Source of the DNA: Bacteroidales bacterium
GTDB taxonomy: Bacteria > Bacteroidota > Bacteroidia > Bacteroidales > UBA12077
Direction: 5' to 3'
Assembly: GCA_030637515.1 (NCBI GenBank)
Contig: DAOWGM010000059.1
Span: 25,441 to 89,440, forward strand
Length of the DNA: 64,000 bases
Position 1 is the first letter of the stretch, and the number at the start of each line of letters is the position of its first letter. Under the pieces are notes generated by a model. It had not been told where the DNA came from, did not search any database, and saw only the letters and a list, made by a program, of their open reading frames with translations. Shown piece by piece: positions 17,329-27,040 of this stretch. The translations under genes and the position numbers were made by a program.

Positions 17329-17943
17329 AGTATCTGAAAAATCAATTGAGCTAAATTGAAATCCTTTCGCCGAATAAAATTTTAGTACTTCAGGCAAAAC
17401 ATATTTGAGATTTTTTTCTGCTTTTATAGTATCATGAAAAACAATAATAGATCCTGGGTTTACTGAATTTATTGTTTTTTTCAGGCATGTTTCTTTCTTT
17501 AAGCTATTGTTATAATCTCTTGTAAGAACATCCCACATTACTATTTTAAACTCTTTTTTTAGTTGTCTTATTTGTGATGGTTTTATTCTACCATATGGAG
17601 GTCGAAAAAGATTAGAATTAATATACTCTGAAGCTTTTCTAACATTCTGAAAATACTTTTCATTACTCGTACGCCATCCCTTAATATGAGAATAGCCATG
17701 ATTGCCTACAGAATGCCCTTCGGCAATTATTTGCTTGTAAAGTTTTTGATTATTTTCAACGTTCTTCCCTATACAAAAGAAAGTGGCTTTGGCATTATAT
17801 TCTTTTAAAACAGAAATAACCCATTCGGTTACTCCCAATGTTGGACCATCGTCAAATGTTAAAAAAAGCTCCTTATTCCGATCAGGGAAACTCCAGATTA
17901 AATCTTTAAAAAATCTTGCAACTATATTTTCTTTCTTTATCAC
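17314..17943 (-). CDS. Polysaccharide deacetylase (NodB/CE4 family)
   Basis: 'LFLTFDDGP', 'GHSVGNHGYSH', 'FRPPYG' CE4 motifs. Confidence 0.85.
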   Translation of the reverse strand: MIKKENIVARFFKDLIWSFPDRNKELFLTFDDGPTLGVTEWVISVLKEYNAKATFFCIGKNVENNQKLYKQIIAEGHSVGNHGYSHIKGWRTSNEKYFQNVRKASEYINSNLFRPPYGRIKPSQIRQLKKEFKIVMWDVLTRDYNNSLKKETCLKKTINSVNPGSIIVFHDTIKAEKNLKYVLPEVLKFYSAKGFQFSSIDFSDTSFSK

Positions 17944-17946
17944 CTT

Positions 17947-20900
17947 TTAATTAAACTGCTCAATATATTGCATAAACTTTTGCTCAATCTGACTATTTAA
18001 CTCCTGCTGATTATTACTTGCAGTAATTCTGTAAAGCTCCTGCAAAATATAAAGATCCATTTGTTTTTCCATCGTAATATCCTTCGTTCCAGATGCAAGC
18101 TGAGGTTTAAGATTAAAATAATAATCAAGCTCAACAAACATTTTGCTGCTAAGTCTTTCTACCAAAGAGTTTGCCTTTTCTGTTGCACCTGCATGATAAT
18201 ACGCTGATATAACAGAAAGTAAAGTACTATTGAATGGTATCTTATGATCAGGAAATAATTCCATACAACGATCAAGGACTAATAAAGCAGAATCGTTCTT
18301 TCCTTCTTCAATTAATTTCTCAGCTAATCTTCCAAAACTACTTCGTAGGTTTGAAAACATCCTGGTATTATTTTCATCAAAATAGATGTCGTTTTCTTCA
18401 ATTCCACCCCAACGAAATTTATTCATAATATTATCGTACATCAACTCAGAATCAACTTCACCGCTATGAAATCGCTCCTTCTTTGCTTCAACCGGAACCA
18501 ACTGATATGTTAATCCATCAACTTTAAAATATTTTTGCAGATTAAAATACTTCGTACTGGTTACAGTCATTGCCCAATAAACAGGTCTCTCCCAATTGTT
18601 TGTTGCTAAAATATCGAGCAACATTAATCCGTCTTTATATAAGTATCCTTGATTAAAATTCCATTGCATCTCGTCAACAATTCGATCTCTGTATTTTTCA
18701 TCTACAATACCTTTTTCAATAACATTATCAGGATCAATCTTTAATTTATATTTCTTAGATGGAATATAATTTATCATTTCGTTTGCTACAAAAGGAGATT
18801 TAATCTTTGTTTTAGCATCATCGCTCGCAATAAAATCAACCACATCTCTTACATTAACTGCTTGCCCAACCCTGTCGTAGATCGGTAAAATATCACGAAC
18901 TCCTTTATGATATTTATCGTGAGTTAAAGAGAATGGCATTCGTTCAGCTTCATATGATTTACGACTCATTTGATCAATATACCATGCAGCTCTTAAATAA
19001 CTTAAATTACAAACTTTTATATCTGTTCTAATTCCTTCAACTTCCTGAGCATACCAAAGTGGGAATGTATCATTATCACCATTTGTAAATAAAATCGCAT
19101 TCTTTTTACACGAATTAAGATAATTATATGCAAGATCACGAGCTGTATATCTTCCTGATCTGTCATGATCGTCCCAGTTTTCAGAAGCCATAATTCCAGG
19201 AACTAAAACCAAAGTAATTACTGTCACCAATATTGCAGAAATTGACTTTGGAGCTTTTTTGCTTAAATAGCTAATAAGTCCTGCTACTCCTAATCCAATC
19301 CAAATTGAGAAAGCATAATAAGAACCTGCAAAAGCATAATCCCTTTCACGAGGCTGTATAGGATACTGATTTAAATAAACAACTATTGCTATACCTGTTA
19401 ATACATATAACATTAATACAACCGCGAAGTCTTGTTTGTTTTGTTTATAATGAAACATTAATCCGACAAGTCCGAGTAAAAGCGGCAACATAAAATATTT
19501 GTTTCTGCCAGGATTATTTTTAAGATGCTCCGGAACCTGATCCTGATCACCCAATCTTGCATTATCTACAAATGGAATTCCACTTATCCAATTTCCTTTC
19601 AACACATTACCATGACCTTGAATATCATTTTGTCGTCCTGAGAAATTCCACATAAAATACCTGAAATACATATGACCAATCTGGTATTTTACAAAAAATG
19701 CAATATTATTTGCAAAAGAAGGATTAACTCTTTTTTCAACTTTGCCGGCTCCATTTCTTACAGAAATCTTCTTGTCCGATATATTAACCCATTTATTATA
19801 TTCATTAATGTGTTTCTTATCGCTGCTATACATTCTCGGGAAAAGTGATGTAAAACGCGGATCAAATTCTACTTCAATTTTATAATCAGCAATCTCATAT
19901 CTTCCATCTTTTTTAATATAAACAGGTTTTGTTTTTTTATTACTTATAGCGGGAGCATCAAAAGACTGACCGTAAAATAATGGTCTGTCGCCATATTGTT
20001 CGCGATTCAAATAATATAATAAATCAAATACATTGTCCGGATTGTTTTGATCCATAGGAGGATCAGCAGCAGAACGAATAATAACCATTGCAAATGAAGA
20101 ATAACCAATTAGAATTACGGTTAATCCCATAATTACAGTGTTTAAAACAACTTTCCCTTTGCGATGTGTATATTTTATTCCCCATACAATTAATCCAATA
20201 ACAAGGAAAACATAAAATAATGCTCCTGAATTATATGGCAAACCAAATCCGTTTACAAACAATAAATCAAACCACGATGCAACTTTCAGAAATCCTGGAA
20301 TAATAACATACATAATAGATGCAAGAAGTATTACAGAAATTACTAAAGCATAGAAAATACCTTTTTTCGTTACTTCGTATCTTTTAAAATAATAAACAAA
20401 AGCAATAGCAGGAATTGCTAATAAGTTCAATAAGTGAACTCCAATAGATAATCCAAGTAAATATGCTATAAAAATTAACCATCGGTTCGCATATTTGTTA
20501 TCAGATTCGTTTTCCCATTTTAAAATTGCCCAAAATACAACAGCGGTAAATAACGAAGAGGTTGCATAAACCTCAGCCTCAACAGCTGAAAACCAAAAAG
20601 AATCAGAAAATGTGTATGCTAAAGCACCAACAATTCCACTTCCTATAATTGTAATTATATTTCCAATTGAAAAATTATCTTCTTTAATAAAAATCTTTTT
20701 TGCAAAGTGCGTAATTGTCCAGAACAAAAACAAGATTGTAAAAGCACTCGACATTGCAGAAAGAATATTAACCATTTTTGCTGCATTTTCAGGTCCTGAA
20801 GAAAACAATGTAAAGATTCTTCCTAAAATCATAAAAAATGGTGCTCCCGGTGGATGTCCAACTTCAAGTCTGTATGCCGATGCAATAAATTCACCACAGT

Positions 20901-21003
20901 CCCAAAAGCTTGCAGTTGGCTCAATAGTTAACATATAAACTATTGCTGCAATTAAAAAAACTATCCATCCAATGAGGTTATTATAAAATCGGTATTGTTT
21001 CAT
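17947..21003 (-). CDS. DUF2723 family membrane protein (GT-C-like, putative glycosyltransferase)
   Basis: 1018 aa. N-terminus 'TASFWDCGEFIASAYRLEVGHPPGAPFF', many TM segments, TPR-like soluble C-terminus. Confidence 0.8.
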   Translation of the reverse strand: MKQYRFYNNLIGWIVFLIAAIVYMLTIEPTASFWDCGEFIASAYRLEVGHPPGAPFFMILGRIFTLFSSGPENAAKMVNILSAMSSAFTILFLFWTITHFAKKIFIKEDNFSIGNIITIIGSGIVGALAYTFSDSFWFSAVEAEVYATSSLFTAVVFWAILKWENESDNKYANRWLIFIAYLLGLSIGVHLLNLLAIPAIAFVYYFKRYEVTKKGIFYALVISVILLASIMYVIIPGFLKVASWFDLLFVNGFGLPYNSGALFYVFLVIGLIVWGIKYTHRKGKVVLNTVIMGLTVILIGYSSFAMVIIRSAADPPMDQNNPDNVFDLLYYLNREQYGDRPLFYGQSFDAPAISNKKTKPVYIKKDGRYEIADYKIEVEFDPRFTSLFPRMYSSDKKHINEYNKWVNISDKKISVRNGAGKVEKRVNPSFANNIAFFVKYQIGHMYFRYFMWNFSGRQNDIQGHGNVLKGNWISGIPFVDNARLGDQDQVPEHLKNNPGRNKYFMLPLLLGLVGLMFHYKQNKQDFAVVLMLYVLTGIAIVVYLNQYPIQPRERDYAFAGSYYAFSIWIGLGVAGLISYLSKKAPKSISAILVTVITLVLVPGIMASENWDDHDRSGRYTARDLAYNYLNSCKKNAILFTNGDNDTFPLWYAQEVEGIRTDIKVCNLSYLRAAWYIDQMSRKSYEAERMPFSLTHDKYHKGVRDILPIYDRVGQAVNVRDVVDFIASDDAKTKIKSPFVANEMINYIPSKKYKLKIDPDNVIEKGIVDEKYRDRIVDEMQWNFNQGYLYKDGLMLLDILATNNWERPVYWAMTVTSTKYFNLQKYFKVDGLTYQLVPVEAKKERFHSGEVDSELMYDNIMNKFRWGGIEENDIYFDENNTRMFSNLRSSFGRLAEKLIEEGKNDSALLVLDRCMELFPDHKIPFNSTLLSVISAYYHAGATEKANSLVERLSSKMFVELDYYFNLKPQLASGTKDITMEKQMDLYILQELYRITASNNQQELNSQIEQKFMQYIEQFN

Positions 21004-21156
21004 ATCCTGAATTATTGATTTAATAAAATTTAAGGTCTAAAATTAAAACAAATAACGATAAATTACGGAGTTAATTATAACTAATCTTTAATTTATAGCT
21101 TATTATGAATCTGATCTAATCTATTTTTCTTATTTTCGGAAACATATTATATATGT

Positions 21157-22278
21157 ATGAAGTTAAGAACTGTCCTGATTTTATTTTTTGTTTTAATTGC
21201 ATCTTATTGTTATTCACAATCAGGATACTCATACTATATTCATGATTATAAGATAAACCCAAGCGATTCAAATAAGCTTTTTCTTGAAATTGACAATACT
21301 AATTTTATTAAAAACAACGAGTATTTTGGACCTGTTGCCGAAGGTTATACTCTGTTAGGATTTAATTTATCACCAAAGATTCAATATTTCCCAAATTCAA
21401 GAATTAAACTAAGTGCAGGAGCAAATTTGCTTTCATATTACGGACGAGAAAATGAAATAAACGCTTCGCTTCTTCTTTCGTTCCAATATAAAATAAATGA
21501 GCATTTTGATTTTGTTCTTGGAAATATTTACGGAACGGTTAATCATAAATTAATAGAGCCTATCTACGATTTCGAACGTTTTTTAAATAATAATATCGAG
21601 AATGGAATTCAGTTTTTATGGAACTACGATCGCATTTTTACTGACCTTTGGCTCGATTGGGAACAACAAATTCTTCAGGGCGATCCTTTTCAGGAGATTT
21701 TTAATGTAGGTTTATCTTCTGAATTTATTCTGTTAAAAAAGGAAGATCGATATTCACTATCAATCCCTTTTCAGAATATTGTTAGGCATGAAGGAGGACA
21801 AATTAATAGCAATAATGGTGAATCGCTAAAAACAATATTTAATAATGCTACCGGATTATCATTTAAAAAAACAATTCATCAGAAATACCTAAAGAAAATA
21901 ATACTTTCATCATTTATTGTTAATTATCAGGATCTATCGCCAAACAAAAAACAATTATATATTGATGGTACAGGATTTTATCCAAGCATTGAATTAGGAA
22001 ATAATAGCTTTGATCTTCTTTTAGGATATTGGTATGGAAATCAATTTATTGCACCTTTAAGTAATCCTATTTTTGAATCTTATTCGCGAACAAAGTTTTT
22101 TGTAGAAGAACCTGTTCGTCAGCTTATAACAAGCAAGTTAAGTTATCAAAAGGATGTATTTAAAGGAATTAATTTAAGTGTGAGATTGGAATCTTATTAT
22201 GATATTTTAAACGTAAATATGGAATATGCCTGGGGAATTCTTATTGTAATTAATGATCGCTTTTTTCTGAAAGAATAA
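21157..22278 (+). CDS. Hypothetical secreted / outer-membrane-like protein
   Basis: Signal peptide 'MKLRTVLILFFVLIASYCYS|Q'. Alternating beta-strand-like pattern, aromatic-rich. No family recognised. Confidence 0.5.
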   Translation: MKLRTVLILFFVLIASYCYSQSGYSYYIHDYKINPSDSNKLFLEIDNTNFIKNNEYFGPVAEGYTLLGFNLSPKIQYFPNSRIKLSAGANLLSYYGRENEINASLLLSFQYKINEHFDFVLGNIYGTVNHKLIEPIYDFERFLNNNIENGIQFLWNYDRIFTDLWLDWEQQILQGDPFQEIFNVGLSSEFILLKKEDRYSLSIPFQNIVRHEGGQINSNNGESLKTIFNNATGLSFKKTIHQKYLKKIILSSFIVNYQDLSPNKKQLYIDGTGFYPSIELGNNSFDLLLGYWYGNQFIAPLSNPIFESYSRTKFFVEEPVRQLITSKLSYQKDVFKGINLSVRLESYYDILNVNMEYAWGILIVINDRFFLKE

Positions 22279-22777
22279 ATCTCCAAGGTTTGTGTTTCCA
22301 CTCTCCGGCATAATCAATTCCAATTCTTGGTGTAGTTTTGTATTTTAAATCATTTAAACCCTCAATGTTTTCAATCCAAATGCGATCAGAGTTTGTAAGA
22401 TCTTCGCCGTAAAAGGATTTATCAATATTCAGTTTCTTTGTCAACTTTCCCGGTCCATTAAAACCCTTTATTCCACGAATTAAAACTGCCTGAGGAATTT
22501 CATTAACAGACGTAACAATATTAAGCATCCAGTACATTCCATAAATCAGATAAACATACACCAAGCCACCATTATGGTACATAATTTCAGTTCTGGTTGT
22601 ACGCCCTTTACTTGCATGGCAGGCAAGATCTTCTTCTCCGCAGTACGCTTCAACTTCAGTAATCAGATATTTTTCGGAAATTGTATCATTAAATCTTCTA
22701 ACCAGACTTTTTCCCAATAACTCAGGTGCAACTTTCAGTGCATCGCGGGTGAAAAAATCACGTTGAAGCCTGATCAT
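22250..22777 (-). CDS. mpg: DNA-3-methyladenine glycosylase (AAG/Mpg family)
   Basis: 'APELLGKSLVRR', 'TEVEAYCGEEDLACHASKGRTTRTEIMY..GGLVYVYLIYGMYWMLN'. Confidence 0.85.
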   Translation of the reverse strand: MIRLQRDFFTRDALKVAPELLGKSLVRRFNDTISEKYLITEVEAYCGEEDLACHASKGRTTRTEIMYHNGGLVYVYLIYGMYWMLNIVTSVNEIPQAVLIRGIKGFNGPGKLTKKLNIDKSFYGEDLTNSDRIWIENIEGLNDLKYKTTPRIGIDYAGEWKHKPWRFILSEKSDH

Positions 22778-23250
22778 TAATATTCAATTTTATCTACTTT
22801 GCTTTGCCATTTATTAAAAGCCTGAATTGCTTCGTCTTTTAGAATTTGAATGGTAGGAATTTTTCTTTTTTCGATTGGTAAATCAAGTTCTTCGTAAATA
22901 AAAGAATCGTCAAAGTCAATATCTTTTGCATCTTGTTTTGTATTTGCATAATACAATTTATCAAGTCGCGCCCAATAAATTGCACCCAAACACATCGGAC
23001 AAGGTTCGCAGGATGAATAAATTTCGCATCCGCTTAAATCATGTGTTCCAAGCACTTCGGCTGCATTTCGAATAGCGTTAACCTCGGCATGTGCTGTAGG
23101 ATCATTGTTGGAAGTTACCCTATTTACTCCTTTGGCAATAACCTTTCCGTCTTTAACAATAACTGCTCCAAATGGTCCTCCGTTATTTTCAATATTTGCA
23201 ATTGAAAGACCAATTGCCTCTCTCATAAAATCTTCTTCTTTCTTTAACAT
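22777..23250 (-). CDS. Nucleoside/guanine deaminase (CDA-fold zinc deaminase)
   Basis: 'HAEVNAIR' and 'CEPCPMC' zinc motifs, 157 aa. Confidence 0.85.
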   Translation of the reverse strand: MLKKEEDFMREAIGLSIANIENNGGPFGAVIVKDGKVIAKGVNRVTSNNDPTAHAEVNAIRNAAEVLGTHDLSGCEIYSSCEPCPMCLGAIYWARLDKLYYANTKQDAKDIDFDDSFIYEELDLPIEKRKIPTIQILKDEAIQAFNKWQSKVDKIEY

Positions 23251-23255
23251 CCTTC

Positions 23256-24836
23256 TTAAATTTTAATTTCCTTTTTATATCCAAATAAAAAAAGCGAGTA
23301 AAAATACGAAAAAAAAGTTATTCCAATTTGTGTTTCAAGAGTATCTTCATTTAAAAAAGATAATAGAATAATTGCTAACAGAACCATTATATAATACTTG
23401 TTGTATTGATTTAATTTTAAAACAGGATAGAAAAGCGAGAATAATATTATAACAAAGCCAACTAATCCAAACGTAAGTAAAAAAGTTACGTATTGATTGT
23501 GCGCTCTTAATCTGTTCTTTATAGGTAAAGGACTTTTGTTTTTTTCATAGTATTTGTTAAAAGTATCCTGAATATCACCTGTGCCAACTCCAAACCAAAA
23601 ATTATCTTTTATTATATCAGAAGCAGTTTTTAAAAACTCGAATCTCTGAGTAATTGAACTTCCATAATTATTAAATCCTTTTTTATATGCATCAATTTCC
23701 CAAATAGCTTCATATATTTTCGGATATAATCTATATTTATCAGCAAATATGTAATTAGGAATTCCTGATTCTATATTTTGAATATCAATCTTGGTTAATT
23801 TCGAAACACCTACAGAATCTTTCTTGTATCCTTTCGAAGTTAAATATCTTATTAATGTATTTTTTATTAGATGATCTTTCTGATCTTTTTCATTGTATTT
23901 AATTGAACTTCTGCTATTCCATTCTTTTATCAATTCCTTCTGACAAAAGTAAATCCAGACATAATTCCCATTTTCAATTTGTCCTTTTTCTAAGGTATGA
24001 TAATATTTATTTCCCGACTGAGTGAGTTTTTCAAGTTTTTCAATATCGACTTTTTGTACTGAATAAAATTTAGAAATAGAATGAGTTAAGTAGGATGCTG
24101 ACAATAAGAAGATCGTAATTAAGCTAACCTGCAAAAATAGTTTTGGAACTATATCTTTTATTTTAAAAGAGTAATAACCAGAAACTATTAATAACAACAA
24201 AATAAAAATAATAATTCCAGTAAAAGATTTTAATAAAAATAGAAATACTGCAAGCCATAAAATCATTATCGTATAAATAACAATTTCTGTTTTTTTCAGA
24301 TGAAAATCTTTCGAAAAAAGGATATAAGCTAAAGAAAATATACTAAAGTTTATAAGCAAACTAAGGCGTATATGAGACATAAAAACAGAAATATCTCGTA
24401 TATCCTGAATCGGATAATTAATAATCCCAGTTAAAATTGATGTACTTAATAAAGATGAAGAAATAACCGCCAATGAAAACCAGATCAGAATAACTTTGAT
24501 TTGTTGTTTATTTAATTTTTCCGCAGTGCCAATGATAACAGGAAATAGCAATAATATTGCTTTATTTCCAATATCATGAAAAGCATATCCAAAGTTTTTG
24601 GTGTTAATAAGCCAAATTAAATGCACAAAAAATACTCCGGTAAATATCAAGATTGATTTGTTATTTTTAAGTCTGTTCCATTTTGCTTTGAACTCAAATT
24701 CCAAAATCCAGTTCGACAATAAAAATAGCATTGAAATACTTAGGGCAAATTTTGATATTGGAAGGCAAATAGCGACCAAAATCAGTCCCAAATAGTATAA
24801 CTTAAAATGATTAATTGGTAATTTAAAGATCCTCAT
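23256..24836 (-). CDS. O-antigen ligase/polymerase-like (Wzy_C) membrane protein
   Basis: 526 aa, more than 10 TM segments with a large periplasmic-type loop. 'RAHNQYVTFLLTFGLVG' is a Wzy_C-like motif. Confidence 0.6.
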   Translation of the reverse strand: MRIFKLPINHFKLYYLGLILVAICLPISKFALSISMLFLLSNWILEFEFKAKWNRLKNNKSILIFTGVFFVHLIWLINTKNFGYAFHDIGNKAILLLFPVIIGTAEKLNKQQIKVILIWFSLAVISSSLLSTSILTGIINYPIQDIRDISVFMSHIRLSLLINFSIFSLAYILFSKDFHLKKTEIVIYTIMILWLAVFLFLLKSFTGIIIFILLLLIVSGYYSFKIKDIVPKLFLQVSLITIFLLSASYLTHSISKFYSVQKVDIEKLEKLTQSGNKYYHTLEKGQIENGNYVWIYFCQKELIKEWNSRSSIKYNEKDQKDHLIKNTLIRYLTSKGYKKDSVGVSKLTKIDIQNIESGIPNYIFADKYRLYPKIYEAIWEIDAYKKGFNNYGSSITQRFEFLKTASDIIKDNFWFGVGTGDIQDTFNKYYEKNKSPLPIKNRLRAHNQYVTFLLTFGLVGFVIILFSLFYPVLKLNQYNKYYIMVLLAIILLSFLNEDTLETQIGITFFSYFYSLFLFGYKKEIKI

Positions 24837-24969
24837 TTTCTATTCAAATCAATTCCTTCAAAGATAATTAAAGATAGTGGAGATAAAAATAAGTCATTTT
24901 TTCCAAAAAAAAATTTGCAAATTAATCTGTTTAAATCATTTATTGGCTTTTTCAATTTAAAAAAATAAC

Positions 24970-24977
24970 TATATTTG
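24970..24977 (+). promoter_or_regulatory. Distal -7 box (TATATTTG) upstream of rplM
   Basis: TAnnTTTG preceded by AAAAAATAAC. The context resembles the proximal box 113 bp downstream. Confidence 0.35.
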
Positions 24978-25031
24978 CGCCTTGTTTTAAGGATTTTAAC
25001 AAGTAAATCGTGCGATTATTTGTAGGTCAAG

Positions 25032-25056
25032 TTATTAACAAATAATTTGTTAATAA
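25032..25056 (+). promoter_or_regulatory. Perfect 11-bp inverted repeat (TTATTAACAAA-TAA-TTTGTTAATAA) followed by TTTT
   Basis: Read directly. It lies between two promoter-like boxes upstream of rplM and could be an operator or an attenuator hairpin. Confidence 0.4.
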
Positions 25057-25082
25057 TTTTCTTGATTTATAAAAAATAATTG

Positions 25083-25090
25083 TATTTTTG
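25083..25090 (+). promoter_or_regulatory. Proximal -7 box (TATTTTTG) upstream of rplM
   Basis: TAnnTTTG, 66 nt before the GTG at 25157. Confidence 0.45.
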
Positions 25091-25156
25091 CACTCCGCAA
25101 AATGTAGGAAAATATAATGTATTAAGATATTAATTAAAAAGTTAGGAGTTTTAAAA

Positions 25157-25612
25157 GTGGATACATTAAGTTACAAAACAGTATCAGCAAACAAGGCAAC
25201 TGTTCAGAAAGAATGGATACTTGTTGACGCGAAAGACGAAATTTTAGGCCGGTTAGCTTCTAAGGTAGCAATAGTTTTAAGAGGTAAAAACAAAACTTCT
25301 TTTACTCCACATGTTGATTGTGGTGACAATGTGATTGTTATTAATGCGAGCCAGATTAAATTGACAGGAAACAAAATGACAGACAAACAATATGTAAGTC
25401 ATTCAGGTTATCCAGGTGGACAAAAATTTATTACACCCGAAGCACTACTTGCAAAAAAGCCTATTGCTGTAGTTGAAAAAGCTGTAAAAGGAATGCTACC
25501 AAAAAATCGTCTTGGTAGAGAATTATTTAGAAACCTTTATGTTTATGAAGGTGCTGAGCATGCTCAGGAAGCACAAAAACCAAAGAAAGTAGAATTAAAC
25601 TCAATTAAATAA
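25157..25612 (+). CDS. rplM: 50S ribosomal protein L13
   Basis: '[45 protein letters not shown]'. GTG start preceded by AGGAG at 25144-25148. Confidence 0.95.
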   Translation: MDTLSYKTVSANKATVQKEWILVDAKDEILGRLASKVAIVLRGKNKTSFTPHVDCGDNVIVINASQIKLTGNKMTDKQYVSHSGYPGGQKFITPEALLAKKPIAVVEKAVKGMLPKNRLGRELFRNLYVYEGAEHAQEAQKPKKVELNSIK

Positions 25613-25617
25613 TTAGT

Positions 25618-26004
25618 ATGGAAGTAATAAACACTTTAGGAAGAAGAAAGGCGTCTGTTGCACGGGTTTATTTAAGCGAAGGAAAAGGTAAAATTACAAT
25701 TAACGGTCGTGATTTAGAAACTTTTTTCCCTACAAAACCACTTCAGTACATTGTTAATCAACCATTAGAGTTAGTTGAAGTTGCCGGTAAATTCGACATC
25801 AAAATTAACATTTTCGGTGGTGGAGTAAAAGGACAAGCTGAAGCAGTTCGTTTAGGAATCTCAAGAGCTTTACTTGAAGTTGATCCAGAATATCGTGATG
25901 CTTTAAAGAAAGAAGGATTTTTAACAAGAGATTCACGAGTTGTAGAACGTAAAAAACCTGGTCAACCAAAAGCGCGTAAGAAATTTCAATTTAGTAAACG
26001 ATAG
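25618..26004 (+). CDS. rpsI: 30S ribosomal protein S9
   Basis: '[21 protein letters not shown]' ... C-terminal '[11 protein letters not shown]'. Confidence 0.95.
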   Translation: MEVINTLGRRKASVARVYLSEGKGKITINGRDLETFFPTKPLQYIVNQPLELVEVAGKFDIKINIFGGGVKGQAEAVRLGISRALLEVDPEYRDALKKEGFLTRDSRVVERKKPGQPKARKKFQFSKR

Positions 26005-26043
26005 GATAATATTCTGTTGGATAATATTCCGTTTAGTATCTAA

Positions 26044-26079
26044 ATTGTTGAGACGTCCCGCGAGGAGCTACTCAGCAAT
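26044..26079 (+). promoter_or_regulatory. GC-rich hairpin in the rpsI-rpsB spacer (candidate rpsB leader / processing structure)
   Basis: 9-bp outer stem ATTGTTGAG/CTCAGCAAT (one G-U pair in + sense) enclosing GACGTCCCGCGAGGAGC. This is a conspicuous GC island in AT-rich DNA. Confidence 0.35.
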
Positions 26080-26118
26080 TGATTGATTAAAAGAATGTAA
26101 ACGTAAAAAATTAAGTAA

Positions 26119-27015
26119 ATGTCAAAAACAAATTTTAATGAATTATTAGAAGCAGGTGTACATTTTGGTCACCTGAAAAGAAAGTGGAATCCTGCAATGG
26201 CTCCTTATATTTTTATGGAGCGTAATGGAATTCATATTATTGATCTTCAAAAAACAGAAGTAAAATTAAACGAAGCCTGCAATGCCTTAAAACAAATTGC
26301 GAAATCAGGCCGAAAAATTTTATTTGTTGCCACTAAAAAACAAGCTAAAGATATCGTATCTGAAAAAGTTGAAAGTACTCAAATGCCGTATGTTACTGAA
26401 AGATGGCCAGGAGGTATGTTAACTAATTTTCCAACTATTCGTAGAGCTATTAAAAAAATGTCTACAATTGATAAAATGGAAACAGATGGTACTTTCAAGA
26501 ATCTTGCAAAAAGAGAAAAACTACAAATTACACGTCAAAGAGCTAAACTTGAAAAAATGTTAGGTAGTATTTCAGACATGACAAGACTACCTGCTGCAAT
26601 GTTTATCGTTGACGTTTCAAAAGAACATATTGCGGTTAGAGAAGCACAAAGATTAAATATTCCTCTATTTGGAATTGTTGATACTAACTCTGATCCAAGT
26701 CCAATAGATTTTCCAATTCCTGCAAACGATGATGCATCAAAATCTATTTCTTTAATCATGGATAAAATTGTAGATTCTGTTAAAGAAGGTTTAGCAGAAA
26801 GAAAAATGGAGAAAGAAAAAGAAGCATCAGCAAAAGAGAGTAAGAAGGCTGCTAAAGCACAAAACTCTGATGCTAAAAAGACAAGCGCAAGAAAAGAAGA
26901 AACTCCTGCTGAAGAAATAAAAACAGAGGCTGTAATTGAAGAAAAAAAACCAGCTAAAAAATCTGTTAAGAAAGAAGAAGTAAAAGCAGAAGATAAGAAA
27001 GAAACAAAAGAATAA
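26119..27015 (+). CDS. rpsB: 30S ribosomal protein S2 with Lys/Glu-rich C-terminal tail
   Basis: 'LLEAGVHFGH..RKWNP.M..YIF..RNGIHIIDLQKT'. About 70-aa KE-rich extension at the C-terminus. Confidence 0.95.
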   Translation: MSKTNFNELLEAGVHFGHLKRKWNPAMAPYIFMERNGIHIIDLQKTEVKLNEACNALKQIAKSGRKILFVATKKQAKDIVSEKVESTQMPYVTERWPGGMLTNFPTIRRAIKKMSTIDKMETDGTFKNLAKREKLQITRQRAKLEKMLGSISDMTRLPAAMFIVDVSKEHIAVREAQRLNIPLFGIVDTNSDPSPIDFPIPANDDASKSISLIMDKIVDSVKEGLAERKMEKEKEASAKESKKAAKAQNSDAKKTSARKEETPAEEIKTEAVIEEKKPAKKSVKKEEVKAEDKKETKE

Positions 27016-27040
27016 AGTTCAAACATAAAAAATATATAAA

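Noticed and set aside
17314-21003. NodB deacetylase and DUF2723 genes as part of the lasso cluster
   Set aside because: They are transcribed convergently from their own operon, and their families are envelope-glycan related. Nothing supports a RiPP role, so they are treated as the cluster border.
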